NCBI GenBank assembly: GCA_030668875.1
Contig: DAOVER010000007.1
Coordinates: 1 to 32,000 of the forward strand
Length of the DNA stretch: 32,000 nucleotides
Direction of reading: 5' to 3'
DNA from: Candidatus Heimdallarchaeota archaeon
GTDB taxonomy: Archaea > Asgardarchaeota > Heimdallarchaeia > Heimdallarchaeales > Heimdallarchaeaceae
Position 1 is the first letter of the stretch. Each line of letters opens with the position of its first letter. The position numbers and the translations under genes were made by a program. The notes under the pieces were generated by a model. That model was not told the DNA's origin and searched no databases. It saw only the letters and a list, made by a program, of their open reading frames with translations. Shown here piece by piece: positions 8,437-16,354 of the stretch.

Positions 8437-8568
8437 TTAGGATTCTAGTAATTCTAGTAATTCTTCTTTGTTTATTAAATCTGATTCTGAAACTATTTAC
8501 TTGATTGTTTTATCAGTTTCATGGGCTTTCATCGCTAATTCTACTGCTTTATCATAACCTACAAAGGT
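8437..8568 (-). pseudogene. 3' remnant of a class II fumarase / aspartate ammonia-lyase gene (C-terminal domain)
   Basis: The minus strand translates TFVGYDKAVELAMKAHETDKTIK*IVSESDLINKEELLELLES*, matching the FumC/AspA C-terminal pattern GYDKAAEIAK.A...GKT....v.E..l..EE...lLdP. Internal TAA at 8497-8499, in-frame stop just upstream, no start codon. Confidence 0.75.
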
Positions 8569-8663
8569 AGTTTAGATAAAACAATAGCTTTGTTATATGA
8601 TTATATCTTTGTGTCAAAAAAATAGAAGTAAAGCGATTTCAATTGAAATCTGTCCTGTTTTGA

Positions 8664-9071
8664 TTATTGTAGAGCTAATATGATTATTGGAATTACTAAA
8701 GCAGCTATTCCAGTAGATATTACAACTACTGTAAAGAGAATGTATCTTACATTGTAAGTACCTAAAATTGAAGAATCATAATATCCACTAACTTTTTGAT
8801 CTTCATATAATTGTATCAAACCCTCTAATAACTTCTGTCGAGTTTGCTTTCCTCGTGTTAAGCCAAAGAATACAATCGTATTAATTACAACAATCAGTAA
8901 TGCAATAACAATGAAAATAGGTATATCGAAATCGTTATCGCCATTAGCAAACGCACCATTTGCAATTGCACCTATAAGATTTAGAAGAATTGCAGTAATG
9001 ATGAAAATTGTGTCTGTTCTAGTATTAGTTTTTAATTCATCAAGAATATGTTCATGAACTCGTTCAATCAT
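8664..9071 (-). CDS. Small three-TM membrane protein, function unknown
   Basis: 135-aa ORF with three hydrophobic segments and SD-like aggag about 8 nt upstream of the ATG. Confidence 0.75.
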   Translation of the reverse strand: MIERVHEHILDELKTNTRTDTIFIITAILLNLIGAIANGAFANGDNDFDIPIFIVIALLIVVINTIVFFGLTRGKQTRQKLLEGLIQLYEDQKVSGYYDSSILGTYNVRYILFTVVVISTGIAALVIPIIILALQ

Positions 9072-9370
9072 TTTTGTTCTCCTAGACGTTCAATCTAATT
9101 CTTAAAAGAGATAAGTTTCTTTTAAACTTAGTTAGAAAATATGCCAGTTTTAGATATTTAATTAATCTCTCTCAGTTTTAACCTGCTAAATATCTAGGTG
9201 ATGTTAAACCGCCTAATAGTCTGAATTGAATGAGATTTAATATAAGCGGCAAAAAAATTTCAATATATAATCAGAGCGCGTCTAGAATAAAATCATTAGA
9301 AAACATTAATATTGCAGTTTGTGTAAAATATGAAAGTAAGAGATAATGTTGTAAAGGGGTTGATTGTGAC

Positions 9371-9823
9371 TTGAAAGATAACAAGTCTTATGGGGAAAAT
9401 AATAAAACAGAAAAAATTGTGGTTAATCTGCAAAAACTAGTAAATCAAGCAACTTTGAGTAGGTTGAAGGCTGAAATAGAAAGGCAACTAGAGGAAATGA
9501 ATTTTGAGATAGATATAATGATCTCAACAAGGATACCACATCCAAGACCAATATTTTTACATTTTGAGGACCTGGAAGAGATACCGATGGATGTGTTTGA
9601 ATGGTTAGGTGATTTCAGTAAAAAGAATGGGTTAAAGTACGTAAATAGCAAAGGAAATTTGTTTTCTCTATTCCTGAAGAAGGACTATGACAATATCAAT
9701 GAAATACAAACAGCAAATACATCATTGTATTCAATTTACAAGAAAGAAAAAGCAACAATATTGCAAAGAGAAAAAATGAGCGAAGAAAATCTTTATACTT
9801 ATACTACGAAAAAAGTAAGTTAG
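9371..9823 (+). CDS. Hypothetical protein, possibly degenerate STAS-like fold
   Basis: 150-aa ORF with TTG start. The pattern IVVNLQKLVNQATLSRLKAEIERQL...PIFLHFEDLEEIP...WL.DFSKK..LKYVN....LFSLF loosely follows STAS secondary structure. Weak call. Confidence 0.45.
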   Translation: MKDNKSYGENNKTEKIVVNLQKLVNQATLSRLKAEIERQLEEMNFEIDIMISTRIPHPRPIFLHFEDLEEIPMDVFEWLGDFSKKNGLKYVNSKGNLFSLFLKKDYDNINEIQTANTSLYSIYKKEKATILQREKMSEENLYTYTTKKVS

Positions 9824-9986
9824 AAAAGATACAAAAATTCATGACTATTCAGAAAAATATATAAATGAGAAAAAAGGTTCTCAAAAACCTAATTTGGGCT
9901 GAATTGAAGTCTAGGATGGTTTCTGGCAGTAACATGCATAAAAATGAAATACTCCAGTAATCGAAAGATTTAAAAGGGAAATGTGA

Positions 9987-10002
9987 GGGAAACATTTATA
10001 AG
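9987..10002 (+). promoter_or_regulatory. Candidate BRE/TATA upstream of tfb (distal)
   Basis: gggaaaca-tttataag matches the purine-rich BRE plus TTTATA archaeal promoter pattern. Confidence 0.4.
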
Positions 10003-10182
10003 CAGAAAAAATGGGCGCATTGGTGGGTTGTCTTTAGCATTTTTATGAGGGCTAATCGTAAATAGGGTAGAGATTCTCACTTTGATGAACTAAGCTAATG
10101 GAGATGCAATTGGTATTAATTAACAATGAAATCAACCAACTCTAAGCGTTCCGTTCCCAGAGGAAAGTTAGAAACTAGAAAA

Positions 10183-10199
10183 GAATAGAAATTATATTA
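10183..10199 (+). promoter_or_regulatory. Candidate BRE/TATA upstream of tfb (proximal)
   Basis: gaatagaaa-ttatatta ending 28 nt before the ATG, with SD-like aggtaggt in between. Confidence 0.35.
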
Positions 10200-10227
10200 T
10201 TAGCCAAATTAACAGGTAGGTAAAAGA

Positions 10228-11175
10228 ATGAGTAAAAAACCAGATAAAACATCTCATAGAGAAGAAGAAGAGGACATGGAGTGCCCTGAATGTGGTAGCA
10301 CCGATGTTATTCTGGATGAGACTAGAGGAGAGCACATTTGCCGTAATTGTGGTACCGTCGTAGAAGAGAAATTAATTGATGATGGTCCTGAATGGAGAGC
10401 ATTTACAGCTGAAGAAAGATCCAAAAGAAGCCGGGTAGGATCTCCTACTACTATTACAATCCATGATAAAGGTCTTTCTACCCAAATCGGTTGGGAAGAT
10501 CGGGACGTATATGGTAAGAAACTTTCACCGAAAAGGAGAGCTCAAATTTATCGTCTCAGGAAATGGCAGATTCGTACTCGTGTTCATAGTTCCATTGATA
10601 GAAATTTAGCTTATGCTATGTCTGAATTAGATCGTCTTTCATCACAACTAGGTATTCCTAGAAGTGTAAATGAAACAGCTGCAAATATTTACCGTAAAGC
10701 AATTGAAAAACGTCTAATTCGTGGAAGATCGATCGAAGCTATGATCGGTGCAACAGCATATGCAGGAGCAAGAATTCGTCGTGTTCCCAGAACACTAGAT
10801 GAAATTGCTCGTCATTCGCGTATTTCCAAAAAAGAACTTGGAAGATGTTATAGATTAATAATCAGGGAATTAGATATCAAAATCCCATTAGCTAATCCAA
10901 CCGATTACATTGTTAGGTTTGCTGCTGAATTGCGTTTAAGTGGTAGAACTGCTAGAAAAGCAGTTGAACTTCTTAACAGAGCTAAAGAGCACAACCTAAC
11001 AGCTGGTAAAGACCCAACAGGATTAGCGGCTGCATCAATCTATATTGCAGGTATTACTGAAGGAGAAAGACGAACACAAAGAGAAATTGCTGAAACAGCT
11101 ACTGTAACTGAAGTTACTGTCAGGAATCGTTACAAAGAGCTAGTTCGCAAACTCAAAATAGAGGTAACAATTTAA
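10228..11175 (+). CDS. tfb: Transcription initiation factor IIB (TFB)
   Basis: Zn ribbon CPECGS...CRNCG; B-reader GPEWRAF; two cyclin repeats; C-terminal HTH TQREIAETATVTEVTVRNRYKEL. Confidence 0.98.
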   Translation: MSKKPDKTSHREEEEDMECPECGSTDVILDETRGEHICRNCGTVVEEKLIDDGPEWRAFTAEERSKRSRVGSPTTITIHDKGLSTQIGWEDRDVYGKKLSPKRRAQIYRLRKWQIRTRVHSSIDRNLAYAMSELDRLSSQLGIPRSVNETAANIYRKAIEKRLIRGRSIEAMIGATAYAGARIRRVPRTLDEIARHSRISKKELGRCYRLIIRELDIKIPLANPTDYIVRFAAELRLSGRTARKAVELLNRAKEHNLTAGKDPTGLAAASIYIAGITEGERRTQREIAETATVTEVTVRNRYKELVRKLKIEVTI

Positions 11176-11176
11176 T

Positions 11177-11204
11177 CCTCTTTTGTTTTTTATTTTTTAT
11201 TTTT
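11177..11204 (+). terminator. Oligo-T archaeal terminator after tfb
   Basis: cctcttttgttttttattttttattttt immediately after the stop codon. Confidence 0.65.
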
Positions 11205-11206
11205 AG

Positions 11207-11344
11207 GCTTCTCAGTCTTCAAATAATTTCAAAGATGAAGTATTTAACAATGTTATGAAGAGGAAAAAAGACATGCCTAGAACAGCTTTGAGATATGCAA
11301 TTGATAAAATACCTCAAGAATTGAAAAAGGAAGCTATGAGTTGA
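11207..11344 (+). pseudogene. 3' remnant of an AlkD-family DNA alkylation repair gene
   Basis: The frame reads *ASQSSNNFKDEVFNNVMKRKKDMPRTALRYAIDKIPQELKKEAMS*, matching the conserved AlkD-like C-terminus (K.ASQ....EVF.YVM..K..MPRTALRYAIEKMP.EL...AM). In-frame TAG at 11204-11206; the rest of the gene is absent. Confidence 0.8.
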
Positions 11345-11403
11345 GTTGTCTCTCTTTTCAAAGTATTTAATAATCATTTTTCTTTTGAAAGCTTTAGATA
11401 TTG

Positions 11404-12927
11404 ATGACTGAAGAAAGATTAATGGATAAAATTATTGAAGTCTGCACAAGAAGAGGATTCATAAGCCCTGCAGCTGAAATCTATGGAGGAGTTGGGGGAT
11501 TTTACGAATATGGACCATTAGGCACTTTGATGATGCAGAAAATAATTGATCTCTGGAGACAAATATTTGTCTTAGATGATGATAGAGTATACGAGATTTC
11601 TGGTTCGGTACTTCTACCTGAGTCAGTATTTCAAGCCTCAGGGCATCTAGAATCTTTTGACGATCCACTAGTTCAATGTAAGAACTGTAAGTCAATGTTT
11701 CGTGCAGATGATATTATTTTAGATGAATCAAGTATAAAAGCTGAAGGTCTTCCACTAGAAGAATTGGACAAAATTATTGCAGATAACAATATTAAATGTC
11801 AGAAATGTCAAGGAAATCTTGATAAAGCAAAACAATTCAATTTAATGTTCAAAGCTCAAGTTGGTTCAACAGGTGGAACTACTGCATATCTTCGTCCAGA
11901 AACAGCTCAAAACATATTCATTAATTTCAAAAGATTAGCAGGTTTTATGAGAAATAAATTGCCTTTTGGAATTGCCCAGGTTGGATCATCTTTCAGAAAT
12001 GAAATCTCTCCAAGAAACTTCCTCTTAAGAGTGAGAGAATTTCAACAAATGGAAATTGAGATGTTCTATGATCCTGCAAAGGAGAATGAACATGAACATT
12101 ATGAGGAAATAAGAGATTTAAAAATCAACCTTGTGACTCGAGAGATGCAAGAAAAGGGATGGACTAAACCTTTGAAAATTAGCATTGAAGAAGGATTAGA
12201 AAAGAAACTCATTCCAAACCAGTATATGGCTTTCCTCATGGCAATGGAAACAGAAATGTTGAAAGTTTTAGGAGTACCTGAAGACGTCTTTTGGTTCAGA
12301 CATATGCAGGATCACGAAGCACCTCATTATTCTGCTGGTAATTATGATCTTGAGGCAGATTTATCCATCGGTCATATGGAAATTATTGGAAATGCCCTGA
12401 GAACAGATTACGATTTACAAAAACATGCAAAAGCCTCAGGTACTTCATATGAGATTGTAGTTGATGACAAGAAAATAGTTCCTCATGTTGCTGAACCATC
12501 TCTAGGTGTAGGAAGAATACTATATACGATACTTGAAAAGTGCTACCAAGATGATGGAAGAGGATGGACTTGGTTCAAGTTTCCTTCTACAATCGCACCC
12601 TTAGAAATAGCTGTTTTTCCACTTATGAAAAAAGATGGTTTAGCTGAATTCGCTTATGATTTGCATCAAGATCTAAAAGATGCTGGATATCTATCTTTCT
12701 ATGATGTTAGTGGAAAGATAGGAAAGAGATATGCTCGAGCTGATGAAATTGGAATACCCTATTGTATAACAGTTGATTATGATTCTTTGAAGGAAGGCTC
12801 GGTAACTGTTCGCGATAGGGATACAATAAAACAGATTCGAGTTCCTGTAGAGGATTTGGAAGTAGTAATAGGAGAATTAAGTGAAGGAGAAGCAGAATTT
12901 GAAGAGTTTGGAGGTATAATCTCCTAA
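11404..12927 (+). CDS. glyS: Glycyl-tRNA synthetase (alpha2, archaeal/eukaryotic type)
   Basis: YEYGPLG; LRPETAQNIF; motif 2 FRNEISPR...RVREFQQMEIE; motif 3 EPSLGVGR; anticodon domain IGKRYARADEIGIPYCITVD; CxxC...CxxC Zn insert. Start TTG 11401 or ATG 11404. Confidence 0.97.
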   Translation: MTEERLMDKIIEVCTRRGFISPAAEIYGGVGGFYEYGPLGTLMMQKIIDLWRQIFVLDDDRVYEISGSVLLPESVFQASGHLESFDDPLVQCKNCKSMFRADDIILDESSIKAEGLPLEELDKIIADNNIKCQKCQGNLDKAKQFNLMFKAQVGSTGGTTAYLRPETAQNIFINFKRLAGFMRNKLPFGIAQVGSSFRNEISPRNFLLRVREFQQMEIEMFYDPAKENEHEHYEEIRDLKINLVTREMQEKGWTKPLKISIEEGLEKKLIPNQYMAFLMAMETEMLKVLGVPEDVFWFRHMQDHEAPHYSAGNYDLEADLSIGHMEIIGNALRTDYDLQKHAKASGTSYEIVVDDKKIVPHVAEPSLGVGRILYTILEKCYQDDGRGWTWFKFPSTIAPLEIAVFPLMKKDGLAEFAYDLHQDLKDAGYLSFYDVSGKIGKRYARADEIGIPYCITVDYDSLKEGSVTVRDRDTIKQIRVPVEDLEVVIGELSEGEAEFEEFGGIIS

Positions 12928-12977
12928 AATGTTACAAACAGAAAAGAATAAAAAGAAAGGAATAGGAGAAAAGAACG

Positions 12978-13124
12978 ATGACTAAATATATCTGCCAACG
13001 TTGTAAAAATGAGATTACTCCCAGTGAACTAAGATTACTCCCTGGAGTTAAATGCCCAAAATGCTCAAATCGTATATTAATGAAACAACGAAGTCTTATC
13101 GCAAAACCTGTAAAAGCAAGATAG
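12978..13124 (+). CDS. rpoP: DNA-directed RNA polymerase subunit P (Rpo12; RPB12 homologue), not in the ORF track
   Basis: MTKYICQRCKNEITPSELRLLPGVKCPKCSNRILMKQRSLIAKPVKAR (48 aa): Y.CxxC...LPGV.CPxC..RIL.K.R....K.VKAR signature. SD aggag at 12964-12968. Confidence 0.93.
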   Translation: MTKYICQRCKNEITPSELRLLPGVKCPKCSNRILMKQRSLIAKPVKAR

Positions 13125-13169
13125 TTATTGCAATACTTTTTATACATATTTTGCAAATATGTTGATTAT

Positions 13170-13466
13170 ATGCCAAGAACATGTAAAGTATGTGGGAGTG
13201 GAAACATTAGTCTGGTTTGGAGTCCTCGATGGGGATCAACTGGTTATTGTTCATTTAGATGTTATGCAATAGGAACAGCAAATTATACATTCGCTGTAGC
13301 AGTTTTTCTTGGAATTGTAGCCATTGGTTTGATAATAATAGCATTAGTGATTCCGAATCCAACGCCTGAAGCATTAATCTATGGTATAATAGCAGGTGCT
13401 ATGGCAGTTATATGTTCAGTTCAAAGCTCTATTGGTTTCTTTCTCAAGAGACAAGATGGCTATTAA
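13170..13466 (+). CDS. Small membrane protein with N-terminal CxxC...CSxxC Zn finger (TRASH/MYM-like) and two TM helices
   Basis: MPRTCKVCG...GYCSFRCY followed by two hydrophobic helices. ATG 13170 is preferred over 13128, which sits just after the rpoP stop. Confidence 0.65.
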   Translation: MPRTCKVCGSGNISLVWSPRWGSTGYCSFRCYAIGTANYTFAVAVFLGIVAIGLIIIALVIPNPTPEALIYGIIAGAMAVICSVQSSIGFFLKRQDGY

Positions 13467-13513
13467 AAGAACTTCAAATTAAGAATCATTCCATTAAATA
13501 AAATCTTCTAGTA

Positions 13514-13936
13514 TTAGGGTTCATATTTGAGAATCTTCGTGAATTCATGACCTTGTAACTGAAAAAAAAACTCTATTAAATAAATGATATTTTCCTGAAA
13601 AGAGCATCTAAGGAAAATAGTTTGTGTCTCATTTACAGGGATAAAAAAAGGAATGATGTCTACACTTTCATTATTAAAAATTCCTAAACTTATACATGGA
13701 TTGCTAGAAACGCTAATTAAATAAATAGATGCATTGAGACAAGTGATATTTACAGGTAAATCAAACAGATCACCACCTGCACTCTGCAACTCTCCTATTT
13801 CAAAAACAACTATTGGTTCTTGAAAGTTGTTTCCTCCAGGTAGAAGAAGAAACATAGATGTAACGATTCCACCAATAGTTATCATCGTGAGAATAATATA
13901 AATTGCTTCTTTCTTCGTCATTATGTGTCGTTTCAC
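13514..13936 (-). CDS. Hypothetical N-terminally membrane-anchored protein
   Basis: 140-aa ORF: single TM near the N-terminus, then a beta-rich domain with N-x-S/T sequons (NIT, NAS, NES, NET). Confidence 0.6.
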   Translation of the reverse strand: MKRHIMTKKEAIYIILTMITIGGIVTSMFLLLPGGNNFQEPIVVFEIGELQSAGGDLFDLPVNITCLNASIYLISVSSNPCISLGIFNNESVDIIPFFIPVNETQTIFLRCSFQENIIYLIEFFFQLQGHEFTKILKYEP

Positions 13937-14001
13937 AATAACACGGTAGAATAAACACTTTTACACTTTTCTATGGGAATTAATTGTTTTTAATGCATAG
14001 T

Positions 14002-15612
14002 TTATTCTAGGATTTCAATTATCTCTCCTTTAACTAATTTATCACTTAACATCTTTGATATCTCTACTTTAGCTACTCTTCCTAGTAACTTCTCTTCGGA
14101 TTCAATACTGACAGCAGGACCACTGTATAATGGATAACTAATGTAAGTATTTTTTCTTACTTTATCTTTTTCAGCTATTATGACTTCTATCTTTTCACCT
14201 ATCATTTGCTCTTTCTTGTATCTATTGAAATTTATGATGGCTTTTTTCAATTCCTCACGTTTAACTTTCATCAGATATCTGTCGTGAGTGATTTTAGCTC
14301 CTGTCACAGAAAAGGGTGAATTAGGTAGAGGTAGATACCGATAAACAGTTATTTTCTCAGCAACATCTCCCAATTCTTTTTCAATAACTTTTCTTGTTAT
14401 ATCAAGAGATTGTACTGTCTCTCCTGGTAACGAATGTATGAGATATATCTGTGAATTAATTCCATTTTCAACAAACAATTTTGCTGCTTCCAAAGCTTTA
14501 CTTGGAGTTGAGGGTCTCCCTATTTTGTTACTGTGGTTCTCATCAAAAGTTTCACAACCAATACTCAAAGCTGTCTTAGGTAGATATTTTCCAACAATTT
14601 CAGCGATTTGTGGAGTAACTAGTGACGGTTTAGCATTTTCTATTGCAATACTACATTTGTGTTTTTGTTCATCTCTAATTCGTGCTAATTTTGATAATAA
14701 ATCCTCTATTTTTAGTATATTGACTGGTGGATAAGTCGGAGAGTATATTGGTTTATTATCCGGTTCTCTATAATAATCAAAGAAACCTGGAGCAGATAAG
14801 ATGATTTTCCTTACACCTTTATTTAGAAGTGCTTTTATCTCGTTTTCAACCAGTTTTATTGGTTTGCTCAACGGTGCTCCAAAAGTTGCTGAAACACTGC
14901 AAAAACCACAACCTGGAGGAATATTCTCAGGGCAATCACCAGACATGATCGTATCTAAATCGTCACAGTTTCCACAATTACTGCATCCTCCTAATTCTCT
15001 TACAGTTTCACCTCTATAATGATTCGAACACCCTCTTACTACTTCGACATAGACTTTGGAAAACCAATAATCGGGATAATCTTTAATATTATCAATTGAT
15101 GGTTTGAATTCGTCAAATATATTGTGATTTTTCCTTTTTTTCTGTTCTATTAGGAATGATTTTCCTTCTTTTATCCAGAAATAATCCTCTTTGTTCTTAT
15201 CTTCAAGAAAAGCATCTACAGAGAAATCCTTCTTGATTAGTTCATCTAGAATCCATTCTCCTTCACCTGCTACACCAATGTTGATTTTGTTTCTGAATAG
15301 GAATTCTGGTTCTGATAAAATTGGTCCCCCAAGAATAATCAAGCTTTCTGCGTTTTCTTTCCTTATTTTATTTAGTACTCTTTCTACTGCAATTTTATCT
15401 ACTGACATTGCACTGATTAATATTTTATTATACTCATAAATTTGTGAACCCATCTTCCCCTCGATGATATCTTCTACTCGAGCAATGTGTGAATCTAATT
15501 TATTTTTTAAACAGATTCCTGCCAGTAAACGAGGACCAACACCAATAGCATCACGAGAAAATCTTCTTCGTCCTTCATTAGCTGCTAAAGCGTCAATGAT
15601 TAATGTACTCAC
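14002..15612 (-). CDS. Radical SAM protein with N-terminal B12-binding-like domain and C-terminal TRAM domain
   Basis: IILGGP and GEGE in the N-domain; EVVRGC...GCGFC split cluster motif; SIGCET; LIHSLPGET; YRYLPLPNSP; TRAM-like C-terminus (IEVII...LLGRVAKVEI...GEI). Confidence 0.85.
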   Translation of the reverse strand: MSTLIIDALAANEGRRRFSRDAIGVGPRLLAGICLKNKLDSHIARVEDIIEGKMGSQIYEYNKILISAMSVDKIAVERVLNKIRKENAESLIILGGPILSEPEFLFRNKINIGVAGEGEWILDELIKKDFSVDAFLEDKNKEDYFWIKEGKSFLIEQKKRKNHNIFDEFKPSIDNIKDYPDYWFSKVYVEVVRGCSNHYRGETVRELGGCSNCGNCDDLDTIMSGDCPENIPPGCGFCSVSATFGAPLSKPIKLVENEIKALLNKGVRKIILSAPGFFDYYREPDNKPIYSPTYPPVNILKIEDLLSKLARIRDEQKHKCSIAIENAKPSLVTPQIAEIVGKYLPKTALSIGCETFDENHSNKIGRPSTPSKALEAAKLFVENGINSQIYLIHSLPGETVQSLDITRKVIEKELGDVAEKITVYRYLPLPNSPFSVTGAKITHDRYLMKVKREELKKAIINFNRYKKEQMIGEKIEVIIAEKDKVRKNTYISYPLYSGPAVSIESEEKLLGRVAKVEISKMLSDKLVKGEIIEILE

Positions 15613-15713
15613 ATGAAATTCTTATAATCATTTTATTTAAGTGATGTTGTTTGCTTTGAAAAAGAACCTTTTCAATGACAAAGTATAATAAGGATTATTC
15701 TCTCTTTGTATTT

Positions 15714-16034
15714 GTGTCTGAAAACGATTTATGTGACATTTGTGGATTACCAAAACCTGATTTATGTGTTTGCGAAGAAATAGCAAAAGAAGAACAGATT
15801 GTTCGAGTCATCATGGAAACCAGAAAATGGGGGAAGAAGTATACTATTATTACAGGTATCGACCCACAAGAAGTTGATCTTAGTGCTTTAGCCAAAAAGC
15901 TTAAAACAAAATTTGCTTGTGGTGGAACTGCTAAGGAAGGCAGAATCGAATTACAAGGAGATCATAGACATAAAGTCAAAGACCTACTTGCAAAATTTGG
16001 TTACCCAACTGATAATATTGAAGTACAATACTAA
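15714..16034 (+). CDS. sui1: Translation initiation factor SUI1 (aIF-1 / eIF1 homologue)
   Basis: CDICGLP..LCVCEEIAKEEQ; RKWGK.YT.I.G; LAKKLKTKFACGGTAK; IELQGDHR. GTG 15714 is a more likely start than ATG 15675. Confidence 0.95.
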   Translation: MSENDLCDICGLPKPDLCVCEEIAKEEQIVRVIMETRKWGKKYTIITGIDPQEVDLSALAKKLKTKFACGGTAKEGRIELQGDHRHKVKDLLAKFGYPTDNIEVQY

Positions 16035-16039
16035 ACAAG

Positions 16040-16300
16040 GTGTCCTATATAACAGCTAATGATGAAGAACCTTTTGAAGAATTTGTAGAAGAACCTCGTA
16101 TTCGTAGGAGATCTATTAGAGAAACTATAACCGTATGCCCAGAATGTTTTTCCCCATCTAAGATGATTCCTGGTTTTTTTAACGCTAGTTACAGATGTGA
16201 AAATCCATCATGTGGATGGGTCGGTTCTCTAGCTATTGAGGTTGATAGAACAGACTATCAGGAATTTTTAGAGAAACAAGCTCGTCAATCTACAAAGTAA
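16040..16300 (+). CDS. Small Zn-ribbon protein, function unknown
   Basis: 86 aa with CPEC...CENPSC; GTG start 5 nt after the sui1 stop. Confidence 0.7.
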   Translation: MSYITANDEEPFEEFVEEPRIRRRSIRETITVCPECFSPSKMIPGFFNASYRCENPSCGWVGSLAIEVDRTDYQEFLEKQARQSTK

Positions 16301-16354
16301 ACATCTGCTAATCATAAGATTTATCAAATATGTCAATCTAATTGACCTATCACG

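Noticed and set aside
9150-9290. Minus-strand stop-free stretch (...FRLLGGLTSPRYLAG*) as a third gene remnant
   Set aside because: No recognisable family motif, unlike the fumarase and AlkD fragments.
10010-10090. Slightly GC-richer intergenic patch as a tRNA or structured RNA
   Set aside because: No cloverleaf, no TTCRA T-loop and no convincing stems found by eye.
12932-13156. 74-aa minus-strand ORF from the ORF track
   Set aside because: Antisense to the clearly recognisable rpoP on the plus strand.
13562-13570. A9 homopolymer as a phase-variation site
   Set aside because: It is in frame (FFF) in an AT-rich genome where such runs are expected by chance.
14002-15612. MiaB/RimO/MtaB methylthiotransferase assignment
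   Set aside because: It has TRAM, but the N-terminus lacks the UPF0004 three-Cys motif (GC..N; NTC) and instead looks B12-binding-like.
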